64,000 bases of DNA, from assembly GCA_040954595.2 (NCBI GenBank), contig CM082584.2, forward strand, positions 5,274,110 through 5,338,109, written 5' to 3'. The stretch comes from Balanoglossus misakiensis. Its lineage: Eukaryota; Animalia; Hemichordata. Both the position numbers and the translations under genes were made by a program. Position 1 is the stretch's first letter. Every line of letters starts with the position of its first letter. The notes beneath the pieces were generated by a model. It was not told where the DNA came from, ran no database searches, and was given only the letters and a program-made list of their open reading frames with translations. This document shows positions 1 through 10,800 of the stretch, in pieces.

Positions 1-576
1 CTGTCTCAGTGTTCACCGCTTTGGTGCTATCAGTAACAAGAGAAGAGTAATGAAATCTGACTGTCACAAAATAGTTAGTTAAAGTTAAAGTTTATTTATT
101 AATGTGTCCTATCTAAAGTTTGCATCAGATATTGAGTCATAATACTTGTATAACTGTTTTGACTTTGATTTTACCCTTTTACCAGAACACATGGAGATCC
201 ACCAGTATATCATTCTCTATACAACCTCTGTAAAGGGAGTCAGAAAAATCTGACATCTCCCTCCTTACAAAAAAATTCATATTACCTTCACTGAAAAGGA
301 ATCATGAAAATGGATATTTCATGAGAAATCTTGATCATTTTGACACCAAATTGTAACCAAAATGTACTTCCCAGATCTAGACAAAATCTATCAATACAGT
401 TTAGTTTTAACCATTACAAAATAATTTGTTTGTTTAACAATTTTTACTCTGTTGTGTGATTTCCATAATAATTTAGACAACAAGCTTACAGTCAGATCCC
501 ATTGAAATTAAATTTTTCAAACCTTTAAAAATCATCACTTTCTATGTACAGAAATTTGCTGTGACAAGTTGTGGTT

Positions 577-594
577 TGTGTGTGTGTGTGTGTG
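577..594 (+). repeat. (TG)n microsatellite
   Basis: Run of TG dinucleotides. Confidence 0.8.
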
Positions 595-763
595 AAAATG
601 TTACAATGTACATCATTTAAAGTTGAGTGTTGTAACAATATTTTGACCACCCCCATATTACACTACCCTTAAAAACTATTGAATGTAAGATTGAGAATAA
701 CTTTCAGAACATTCATTAAAAACTAGTCAAGCAAAAAATAGTTTCTGCATAGCAGGTAAAATG

Positions 764-2521
764 TTACTGATTTGTTGCTGTTATTGACTCTCCATCATTC
801 ATATCTGGATATTCCTCGTCCGATTCCCCTTCATCCAGAGACGTGGATTGCATTTCCGTGGGAACCATCTCTGACATACTTTCTTCTTCTATATCACTTG
901 AACTCTCCTCGCTAACCATCATCTCATCATCCGTAACACTTTCTTGGCTTTCAATAGATTCTTCGTCCATATTTTCTAGTTCTACTATCTTTGCATCCAG
1001 ATCATCTATGGTTGTTTTCATGTCATAAGCTATCATGACTGCAATTATTGTCAACGGTTTATTGTTAAGGCTATGTATACGTAAAATGTGTTGTCCGCTG
1101 GTCACAAAGTGCGAGATGTAGTGACTAGCAATCCGTGTCCATCCCCAGTGCGTGTTGATCACTTTGTCAATTTCAAGTACATTATCAATAGTAATGCGCG
1201 CTTTTCCACATGCGGGACAGGCAATGGTTGCTATGGAAACTGTCGCTAGGAAATCGCCGTATCTTTCGATGTTGAGTTTGAAGACAATTTCTTTGTTGGC
1301 TTTTCGAGTGCCCCAAGCGGTCTTGTTTAAGAACTCCACCGTTTCTTTGATTGTGTCTGAGGGATCTTCGTCGACGTAATCTTCTCTTAGATCCCAGCCG
1401 TCTATGTATATGGGTTGGAGCTGGGTGGGGGTCTTGGCCAGGGAGGTCCAACAGTGGGGATAGGAAATGCGCGTACTGTCAAACACCGGGTCTGGAATGG
1501 TATTGGAAGCCTTGGTGATGCTGTTGATGTGTTTCAGATACTCCAATTGGTTGGACGGCTCTTGTAGCAGATTGTGAACAATTTTCAACAGCGAATCACG
1601 GAACAGATTGACGAGGAACAAGGCGACCATCGTGTGAGCTCTTCGACTGGGATGGTAGTAGTCATAAGCCGTCAGATAGTGAGATCTCCCGTGCCTGATG
1701 TCTTTGCATGTAGCATTACTCAGGTTGATAGAAGGGATTTTGTAATGCTGGCTCAGAATCCGACTGCCCATGCGTTCATTAGTGACACAGCGCTTGTGCC
1801 ACAGATTAACAGCGTTGACGAAATTCACATAGACCAGTTGTGGCTTGGAGGGTTGCTGTAGAATATAGCGAGTCAGTTCCTCCTGTGGGAATGGTCGAAG
1901 TCCCACGACGTGATCGTTGACAGCCAGCTCCCAAAGTACGACGTGCACATCTTGCAGGTCGAGATGCTGGTTGATGCAGTAGGAGTAATAGGCACTGTCT
2001 GTGGCAGCTATGACACCACTGTGAATCTCGACAGTCCTGTTCATCATGAGCTGTAGATAGTCCGCCAGGATGTTGTAGTAAACGAACTGATCGCCGGCCA
2101 GAACCGTGCCCTCCGATATCGATCCCCCGATGACACCGATCTTCAGAGGCTCCCCCGTGAACAGAACTCGAAGCAACGTTGCCTCCAGCATCTCAAATCT
2201 GGCTTCCTTGTTGTAAGCCATTGCCAGCATTTCTTCGTCAATTTTGATCGGTTTGTACTGCTTCAGGAGAAACTCGTCCGCCGCCTTGATGCCTCTCAAA
2301 ACTTTACTCAGTATTTTCTGCGTCACATTCTCTTGCACTCGGACGACGGCCGGTTCATACTTCATGGCGCCAGTGTGTGCATCTAAGCTGTCTTGTAAGG
2401 GATAGTAGTTATGCTGCTTTGATTTGGACTTGTTCATTGTATAGATGGAAGTGTAGACGGCCAGTATAAGACCAACAATCAACAACACCACAAACAATTC
2501 CTTGACCTTCTTTCGTCTCAT
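764..2521 (-). CDS. Type II membrane SGNH/GDSL hydrolase-fold protein, 585 aa, single coding exon (putative carbohydrate esterase or acyltransferase)
   Basis: Uninterrupted ORF. Basic N-terminus plus signal anchor (MRRKKVKELFVVLLIVGLILAVY). SGNH blocks are in order: IGVIGGSIS (Ser codon 2120-2122), GVIAATDS, WELAVND and DYYHP (Asp 1661-1663, His 1652-1654). A beta-rich domain and an E/S/D-rich tail follow. Confidence 0.8.
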   Translation of the reverse strand: MRRKKVKELFVVLLIVGLILAVYTSIYTMNKSKSKQHNYYPLQDSLDAHTGAMKYEPAVVRVQENVTQKILSKVLRGIKAADEFLLKQYKPIKIDEEMLAMAYNKEARFEMLEATLLRVLFTGEPLKIGVIGGSISEGTVLAGDQFVYYNILADYLQLMMNRTVEIHSGVIAATDSAYYSYCINQHLDLQDVHVVLWELAVNDHVVGLRPFPQEELTRYILQQPSKPQLVYVNFVNAVNLWHKRCVTNERMGSRILSQHYKIPSINLSNATCKDIRHGRSHYLTAYDYYHPSRRAHTMVALFLVNLFRDSLLKIVHNLLQEPSNQLEYLKHINSITKASNTIPDPVFDSTRISYPHCWTSLAKTPTQLQPIYIDGWDLREDYVDEDPSDTIKETVEFLNKTAWGTRKANKEIVFKLNIERYGDFLATVSIATIACPACGKARITIDNVLEIDKVINTHWGWTRIASHYISHFVTSGQHILRIHSLNNKPLTIIAVMIAYDMKTTIDDLDAKIVELENMDEESIESQESVTDDEMMVSEESSSDIEEESMSEMVPTEMQSTSLDEGESDEEYPDMNDGESITATNQ

Positions 2522-5150
2522 TGTTCTTTTATAATAAAAAAACAGAAATCATATTTATTATTGAACTTGGCACTATATGTCCAATGTATTAGGCTTACTA
2601 ATATGCTTGAATATTGTGTATATCCCTGTTGTTGTAAAATTATTGTGAATGAATGATATATATATTCACAGCTGGCATTAATTCAAACACGCACATTTTT
2701 CTATGTATCAAATTCATGTAAAATGATATGCATTAATTTCAAATACAGATGTGTTTAGAAATCTGTTGTGTGTCGTGGATAATAATGTTACCTTTTGCAA
2801 AGCCAATATTTTAAAGTGATGATTGAGGGTTCAACACTTGCATTGGTTGCTATTCTTGGCAAGAGTCCAAATGGCGACTATGTGACTGTTCCACGTGCAA
2901 AATCCTACCAGGCCACTGTTTATAGACTTTTGGTCCTGATGTTTTTTTCTATAATAGTATTCAAAAAACTTCTCAATTGATCAATTTGCAATCAATCAAC
3001 TTTATATTTGGTAAATTTATAAAAGCGAATGACTTTTTAAATATTCTGTATCTTTTTATATCAACATATCAGGCTTTTAAATTGAATAAAATGTTAAACT
3101 ATATAATCCTCTTGTCATACACCATGATAATCCAATCGATGCTTCAAACTCTGAACGGGTATTTCATGTATTCTGAAACTTTTTTTTTAAATTCGGTGCA
3201 TAATTTTGAGGACTTCAATAATTTTCTAGTAAAGCGTGATTTAAATTAGAGCTGTACACATTTGCATATCTGTGATCTCACTGGCCAAGAGCACGAACAT
3301 TACATCTGATCAATTTGGGAGGGCCATGTGTGTTCTTTCTGTTTAAGAGGAGCCAACGAAAACTTTACATTTCTGATAAAATGGGCAACCATTTCCAAAC
3401 AAATTATCTGGTCTCAGCTGAAACACAAATTATACACTTACGAAGCACCTGATAGAAGCATGGGGCCTGTCAAAAATTAATGTAGCCATATTTGTATTCG
3501 TGTAATTATGTAGACATGGCACAGTAAATGAAATTCTGACAGTTCCTACGCGATCAAACATCAAATTATGCATTTCAAATCATTTTAAATTGCCATGTAA
3601 ATAAAATATAAAATTTGTTTCATACCTGAACATAAAGACAGCACTGGCGCAAACGTCTGCAGACAGAAAACACGTACACACAAAATATTCTATTTGTTCA
3701 TCCAATGCGATACAAAAGACTTGTGGAGTCACAGCTGCTGAACTGAAAATCTATTCCAATGACATATATGATGTTGTTTCACGACACGGAATGAGGATAA
3801 AACTCCAGACAAGCTGTGTATCGCGTTAAAATCAAGTCTTTTTAAGCGCTAGTGCGACAGCTGGTTTGTCGTATCACAGTAAATGTGGTATGTATTGTCG
3901 CAACCACTTAATCCAGATGGGACCAAATATTTTCATGAAAAAATAATGATTATGTTTCGGTCATTTAGTCAAGAATTCTATTTTTAATATTCATATCACT
4001 GTGATTCAGTATTAACTTTCACATAACAGTTGTGTGACATATAATCAAAGAACTGCAAGAATTATTTTGATATTATGCACTTGAGATTCTGGGCAAGTAA
4101 CAATATTTTCAATAGAGTCAACTTCATTGGTGGACATACATCACACTGTGTAAAACATCACCACACTTTCATATTTGCAATCATTATTCAGTATTAAATT
4201 GATCACAAAAATAGCAAGGGAGAAACCATTTGATATTAAGGGGAGTTGGATACATTGGGAAAAATAAAAGAACCCATCCAGTAAATCTTTCTTCAGCAAT
4301 GTTGTATCCCATCAGAATCTCTAACATCACTATATTCTCTCCAGGAATTGTGACATAGACACTTGACATTGATAGCAGCTTGTTTATTTTGAACACTGAA
4401 ATAAAATGCCCATCAGAGACACTGCACATCATCAGCTCTGTACAAGTCACAAATCATTGAATCTGTTGTCTTTAATTAAGGTAGCTGGTGAGGTTCACTT
4501 GGGTATTTCCCTTTGAAATTCTGAAGAAAAAAAATTTTTTTTTCTTCCAAAGTGTTCCTTTTGTCATGGTCTTTACAGGTGACCAATTGTCAATAATGCA
4601 AATGACGAAAACAAGTACCCGTCTTTGAAAACAAATTGTAAAAGGTTAAAGTAAGAGGGACACGTCTTTTTTATTTTATTTTCTCCTTTTAAAATGTTTC
4701 TTTGTCTTCTGAATCGTATAACTTTTGGTTATGGACATTTTGATTGATATAGGACTAAAATTAACAGAGCTTTCCACTGACATATAGGTTTTTGGTATAA
4801 ACACTTTATTTGGCCAAGAAGTTTGTGATTAAAACTTATCTTGTTTACACACCTATCACACAAAAATGTAAATAGTTACATCTGAGCTACATATTCACAC
4901 TGTATGGTTTTACAGGACACATCTAAATGTTTTCATGAACATGTGATGGACACTTTTTAGCATGGATCCAAATAAAAATCTGCAATGAATTGATCTCCTT
5001 TACAAATGGTGTCTGTGGCTATCCCATACAGGTGTTAACATGCAACTTATTTGATCACTTTTAAAACATACTTGATTTTCAAGTTAATATTTGTCACTCA
5101 GAAGACACGACACTGTTCACGATTCAGCAATGTGAACTCTATGACAAATA

Positions 5151-5326
5151 TACTGTAAAACAGGAAATTTTTGCGAACAATAAATTTTTGCGAACTACGC
5201 GCGAGCCCAAAAAGTCGCACAAAACGTTTTCGGAGATAATGATGCAGTGAAATCCGAGAATGAGAAAATTAATCGTAGCGTAACAGTTTCTGCTTTTGAT
5301 ATCGCAAAAATTTCCGGTTTTACAGA
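5151..5326 (+). mobile_element. MITE family A (TA-CTGTAAA...TTTACAG-TA ends), copy 1
   Basis: Terminal inverted repeats and a CpG-rich internal sequence (GCGAAAATT, GATGCAGT, TTTTGATATCGC) shared with six other copies in the window. Confidence 0.75.
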
Positions 5327-6201
5327 AGTTATATCTCACTCTTTCCAATTAATACATGATTTAATACTTTCACACATATATGCATGACTTGTATATGCGC
5401 TTAAAATCTTCGGCAAAAAGTACAAGCAAAAAACACAAAACAAAATAAAAGTTAAAGTATCCAAATAGATCTGTTAATGTGTGAATAAAATCAATCATGC
5501 AAAAAAATATAGACGCTGAAAAAAAATCTACAGCTCCAGAGGGCTCCCTATCCCTCTGAAAGTAAATATGTGTCAGTGTTGACCAAAACTGTTTATGTTG
5601 TGGGATTTTCAAACCTGATTGTTATGCACACATATATTCAAAACTGTAACCTTTGACAATACTTCATCATAATAGTGGTTTTTTATTTTCCTGGATATGT
5701 CTGATGGCTTACTTCCCTTAAACAGAGTCACGTATGTGCTGCCTGACATAGGTCCACTTTGTTGGTAGTAATTTTGGCTCTCTGGTTTAAAAGTCTTGCT
5801 TGGCTCTGTACAGCCCTCAAACCCCTTACCACTGAAAACAGTGGCTTTGGACTGAACCATGGTGGTGAAAGGGTTAATTAAGCCACACAGACTGCCCTGG
5901 ACTTTATATTATACCCTGTAATCAGTGATTTTTTTCTTGCGACAAAAAAGTTCAACAATGCCATAAATTCCATTAAAATGTTGGTCAAATCCTCAAAAAA
6001 TAAATTTCACATAAAATCCTTAAAATATTTGTAAATATTTGAAAATGCCAAAGATATCGTCAATATTTCATAATTTAACAGTTCAGCTTTACAATTTAAT
6101 AGTCATCATAATTACGGTACCATAATGAGTTACTGTTACCAGTAGTTTCACAGAAGTCATGAATTTAATGCCCTTTGTTACACTCCATGTTATCGCGTTG
6201 A

Positions 6202-6294
6202 TTAACCCTTTCACCACCATGGTTCAGTCCAAACTCATTGTTTTCTATTGTATGTTTGGACCTCAGTAGAGGGAACTAGGGGTGAAAGGGTTAA
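6202..6294. mobile_element. piggyBac-type MITE (TTAA target site)
   Basis: TTAA-CCCTTTCACC...GGTGAAAGGG-TTAA. Related copies lie near 5820-5878, 34910-34994, 55290-55380 and 63900-63992. Confidence 0.75.
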
Positions 6295-7826
6295 AAACAC
6301 ACCCAAGTTACACCACTGGATGGCGACATTCCATGTCAAAAGCACACTCTCATTTTGATTCTCTCAAGAAATATTAACTGACGCCTGAATTGGAAATCAT
6401 TCGAAGTATACATGGCCATATTTTGTGAATAATCTTTTCTATACAATGCAGCATAGGTACACCATGATGTTGATTCCTAATGTAACGTGACAAATACAGC
6501 GATGTAGGTATCAATCTTTCTTATCTTGAAGAAATCAACAAAATTATATAAAAAAAAAATTGCAAGTACTATTACAAACAGATTATGCAAATCGATTCCA
6601 CACAATAACATTTGTTACAAAGTAGAAACAAACATAGTATATAAACAAATTTGATCTGTACAACTCTATAAATCCATCATCAAATATATACACAGAATTT
6701 TATATAAATTTCTTCTTGATATCACGGCTGAACTTCATAATGCATTCTGTACAGTATTGACTGTGACAAGCATTGCGCAAACCAAAATACAGAATACTGT
6801 AACAATACCATACAAATATTTTTTTTGAAGGAATGTCACAAAAATACATCAATCTACAAACAATATATGTTGTATTTACAGCTTTTTTTGCACAGTGTTC
6901 ATACATATGGGTATTTTACATTATGTTACAAATACTACAAGTTTTGCCTGCTTCAGATATATTACCTCACTGACTTTCTCATCTCTAATAAAACTGAGGT
7001 TCTTAAAATCCTCTGTTAAAATTCATAATTTAAGTTCAATTTTTTCAGGACTGATATCTACAGAATTTGCAGTTAGCCATTGTGGAAAAATTCTATAGAA
7101 TTCAATAACCTGTAAAAGTTTCTAGAGATTTATGTAGAGTTTTGACCCATTTTTCATGAGAACTCTATACAAAAATATCTATTGAACACTTTTCTCCTGG
7201 GTCAGTTCAATTCCTTGAAGTCAATACATTTGTACTTCTGCGATCGATCGTTTCACAATGTCCTCATTTTGCCAACGTTACTAAAGCAGGTACAAAACAT
7301 ATATTAAAAGCAGTCGTTATCTGCTGATCTCGTCAGAGTATAGAACAATATCAAACACGAAAAGTCCTTGAAATATATTGATGTTACAGGTTTTTCAGAT
7401 TTCCTGATCTTTGCATATTCAATACAGATGTAGATGGGCTGGCGCTATGCAGCACTGTTCTATATGCCGGCTATCTGCTGGCAATCCTGTCATACAGTGC
7501 TAGCCCTTCCTGGCCGGTTTTGTCAGACTTTGGCACTAATGGGGATATATAATACACCACATGTCCTGTCACACAGCAAACGGATAATTCAAGTCACTGG
7601 AAAACCGCAAAATCTTGGAGCAACAAGCCGATGATTAGGGAAAGCGTACACACCAATATCAGCACACTGATGACTAGCATACACAAAACACGTCTTGTCG
7701 CGGTGTTTTGTAAGCATTGTATGTCTTGTCGCAGGGAATCGGGAGAGGCACAAACACCGTGTGTTGTCACAGCAGGCCAGGTGATTTCAGTGTGTAGGAT
7801 ACACGTAGACGGACACAATTGATGAT

Positions 7827-10800
7827 TTAGAGTAACGTGCAAACTGTACATCTTGTGACGGCGACCTGTTCGACGCCATTTTGTGGCTGCCCGGGTTGCG
7901 ACGCCGACATCGTTCTGGTGTTATTTCTGGTGTTGGGAATTGACGGCGATGATTGGTAGACGGACGACTGAAGGCTGCTCACAATTTGTTGTGATTCTGT
8001 TTGTTGTGCCGGCGGTTGTTGCTGTTGTTGTTGTTGTTGTTGTGAGGACACCGGATCATTTGGTTGGCTTGGTAACACCTCCTTGGGAGATTTCGGTTGA
8101 ACGTAACGCGTAATTTGATCCATGATTTCTTTGTACTTAGCTACCAAGTCGGCATGGATACCACCACCACCATGCCCACCGATGCCTAGCAACAAAAGAA
8201 TAATGATCATCAGCTGTATATCTTGTCAACATTTTTGGGGCGAAAACACTAAAATGAAAACCTAAAAGGGTGATGATTGTCTTATGCCCATGTGCCAAAC
8301 CAGAGACTCTGGTTACAAAAATTGTATGCAGTGAATGCCAATGGAGTGTGCTGTCCTAACAACAGACAAGATGGCGACGACCATAGTCTGTGTCAGAGAT
8401 TGGAAGGTTTGTACACACAAAATTACACACCTGTGCATAAGATGATCGTCGGCCTTTAACACTAAAGAATGACTTGAAGCCATATATAACATATTTGGCA
8501 AGGTGGTTTTTAAATCAATGTAAAATAAACTCCCAAAATGGAGTCAAAGGCTTATATGTCACTGAGATTAGACCACAGTCAACTTTTATGCAGAATATAA
8601 ATATTCACTAGAATCTCAAATACGTTGAGGGCGCTATGTACCCTCCAGTTGTATCCAACATACATGAATGGCGAGAACTGTTCTCCAAAACATACACTCA
8701 CCTCTCATTTGTACATAGATGAGTTGTGAAAAGACTAGAGACATTCCTCCCGGCGGTGGCCACGTCACTTTCTGGAACATGACTGGAATTATTGGCTTCT
8801 TCAACAAATCAGCCAGACTGATTTCACGGTTACAATTGTGCGATACGATGTACTTGGGTGTTATACAAGCTATCACCACCTGAAAAAAAACACAACATCG
8901 ATGAAATATTTAAGCAGATTGATAGTTGATGTCACGATTCAAAGTAATGCAGAACTGAACTCACTTTGAAGCTATGCTACTTAATCATTTATCCAGGAAA
9001 AGGATTTACTATACTCTGGCTAGCTGAGCTAAACTCCGGCGAGACTGGGCCAGGGACCGGGATTGCATGTTTGTTTAGTGGGAATGCATGGGTGTGGTCA
9101 TCTGGCACAATGACTGTGTAATGCTGCAAAAGGTTATTTCCATGATACCAACGTAACTTAGTAATACTAGGATGTATACTGCACAATAGGCTGTGTTGAT
9201 TGGGTATTTCCAGGGGCTTTCGTGAATTATACAAGAAATTGCAGTTTGTTTGTAAATTTAATATATTCGAAAAATAGCCAAAACTTGCAGCTAATGGAGC
9301 TTTAAACAATACGCGGTATTGGGGATGAATAACAAGCTCTATTTTAGTGTAAATCTCACAGTACCTTGCAGTTTCTGAGTCCTTCATCAATTCTCTCATA
9401 AAGCGTATCTCCTCCACCCATTTGACCAATATCCATCCAACATTGGAATCCACTTTTCTCCAATCGATCTCGCAATCTCTTCACTTCATCCTGGATGCCC
9501 CAATTGTAACTGATAAACACCGATGGTGGTGCAACTGATGACTCTAAAATACACAAATAATAAAAGAAAAACATCCTTTATTACATGGTATAAACATGCA
9601 TGAAGATTTTCTCGGGGTATGTGGCTGACTGATTTGGGCACTGCATGCTTCTTTGGGGTGGGGTGAAATTACAGACCACAATGTGATTATAAATGCATTG
9701 GAATTTACTTAGATTAGGCAAAATAGCCTTTATGTGTGTAACGACCATTGTTATTATTGACAAATGAATTATAGTCCGGACTTGAATTAAAATTTTGCAC
9801 CATAACAGTGCAGACTATATACTCATAGGTAGTGTTAATAAGCTGGATACTGGGCATATCATCATGTTTCAGGAATTTGAACAAGAAACTGCAGTAGACA
9901 CCCAAAACAAAAATACTGAAAACGTAGCAAAAAATTACAGCTAATGAAGCTTTAACCTACCTTGTCCTTTGTGGATGATATCAATGACGTCTTCTCTGTG
10001 CATTTGTTCAAGACATGTCAACATCATTTCAATCGACAAAGTGGTATTGCCACTGCTGTAGATCCAGTCGGTAATCATTTCCAATGCGGGATTCACTTCA
10101 TCGGCAAACTTCTGGATCTTGGCCTTTTTGTAACCTGTAAAGACAAAAGGGTGGTTGTTGTTAAGGGAGATTGTCTTTGACACTGTGCTTGGACGTCATG
10201 GGACCACTACAGCCTACACATGGAATATTTTTCAAAAAAATGGAGTGAGGGCAAAACTATTAAGAGTGTACAGTTTATCATGATGTACATTACAATTATT
10301 ACATTTCTCAGCTGTTTTGTTATGCTACATTAAAATATTTATAAGGAAATGTGACAGTGTTGTTCATAAACAGACAAGTTGAACAGGAACTGAGCTGCCA
10401 ACAGTCTACCTCAAAAGTGGCGTTTACTAAACACCAACGCTAAACTACATGAGTGTCATGGCAACAATACAGGGAACTGGTTACCATAGCAACTATTAAG
10501 GTCACAGTGCGCTATAACAAGAACGAATAGTGAGTTGCTGGAGTAACAATGCATAATTTTGTATTATTTGCTAATATTTTTGACATTTAGCTTGGAAATG
10601 TCACCATGAGTCAAATACAAGCTATTGCATCTCAAGTATTTTCCTCAATTGAGCCAGCAAAATAATATTAGAAAATTATATATTTACAATATGCAAAACC
10701 CAAAATATTTGTGTGTTTCCATATTCTACTGATGATATTTATGTGAAAGGGTTAAGATCACCATTACCTAATTTTTCAGCCAACGCAAGCCAATCAGATC

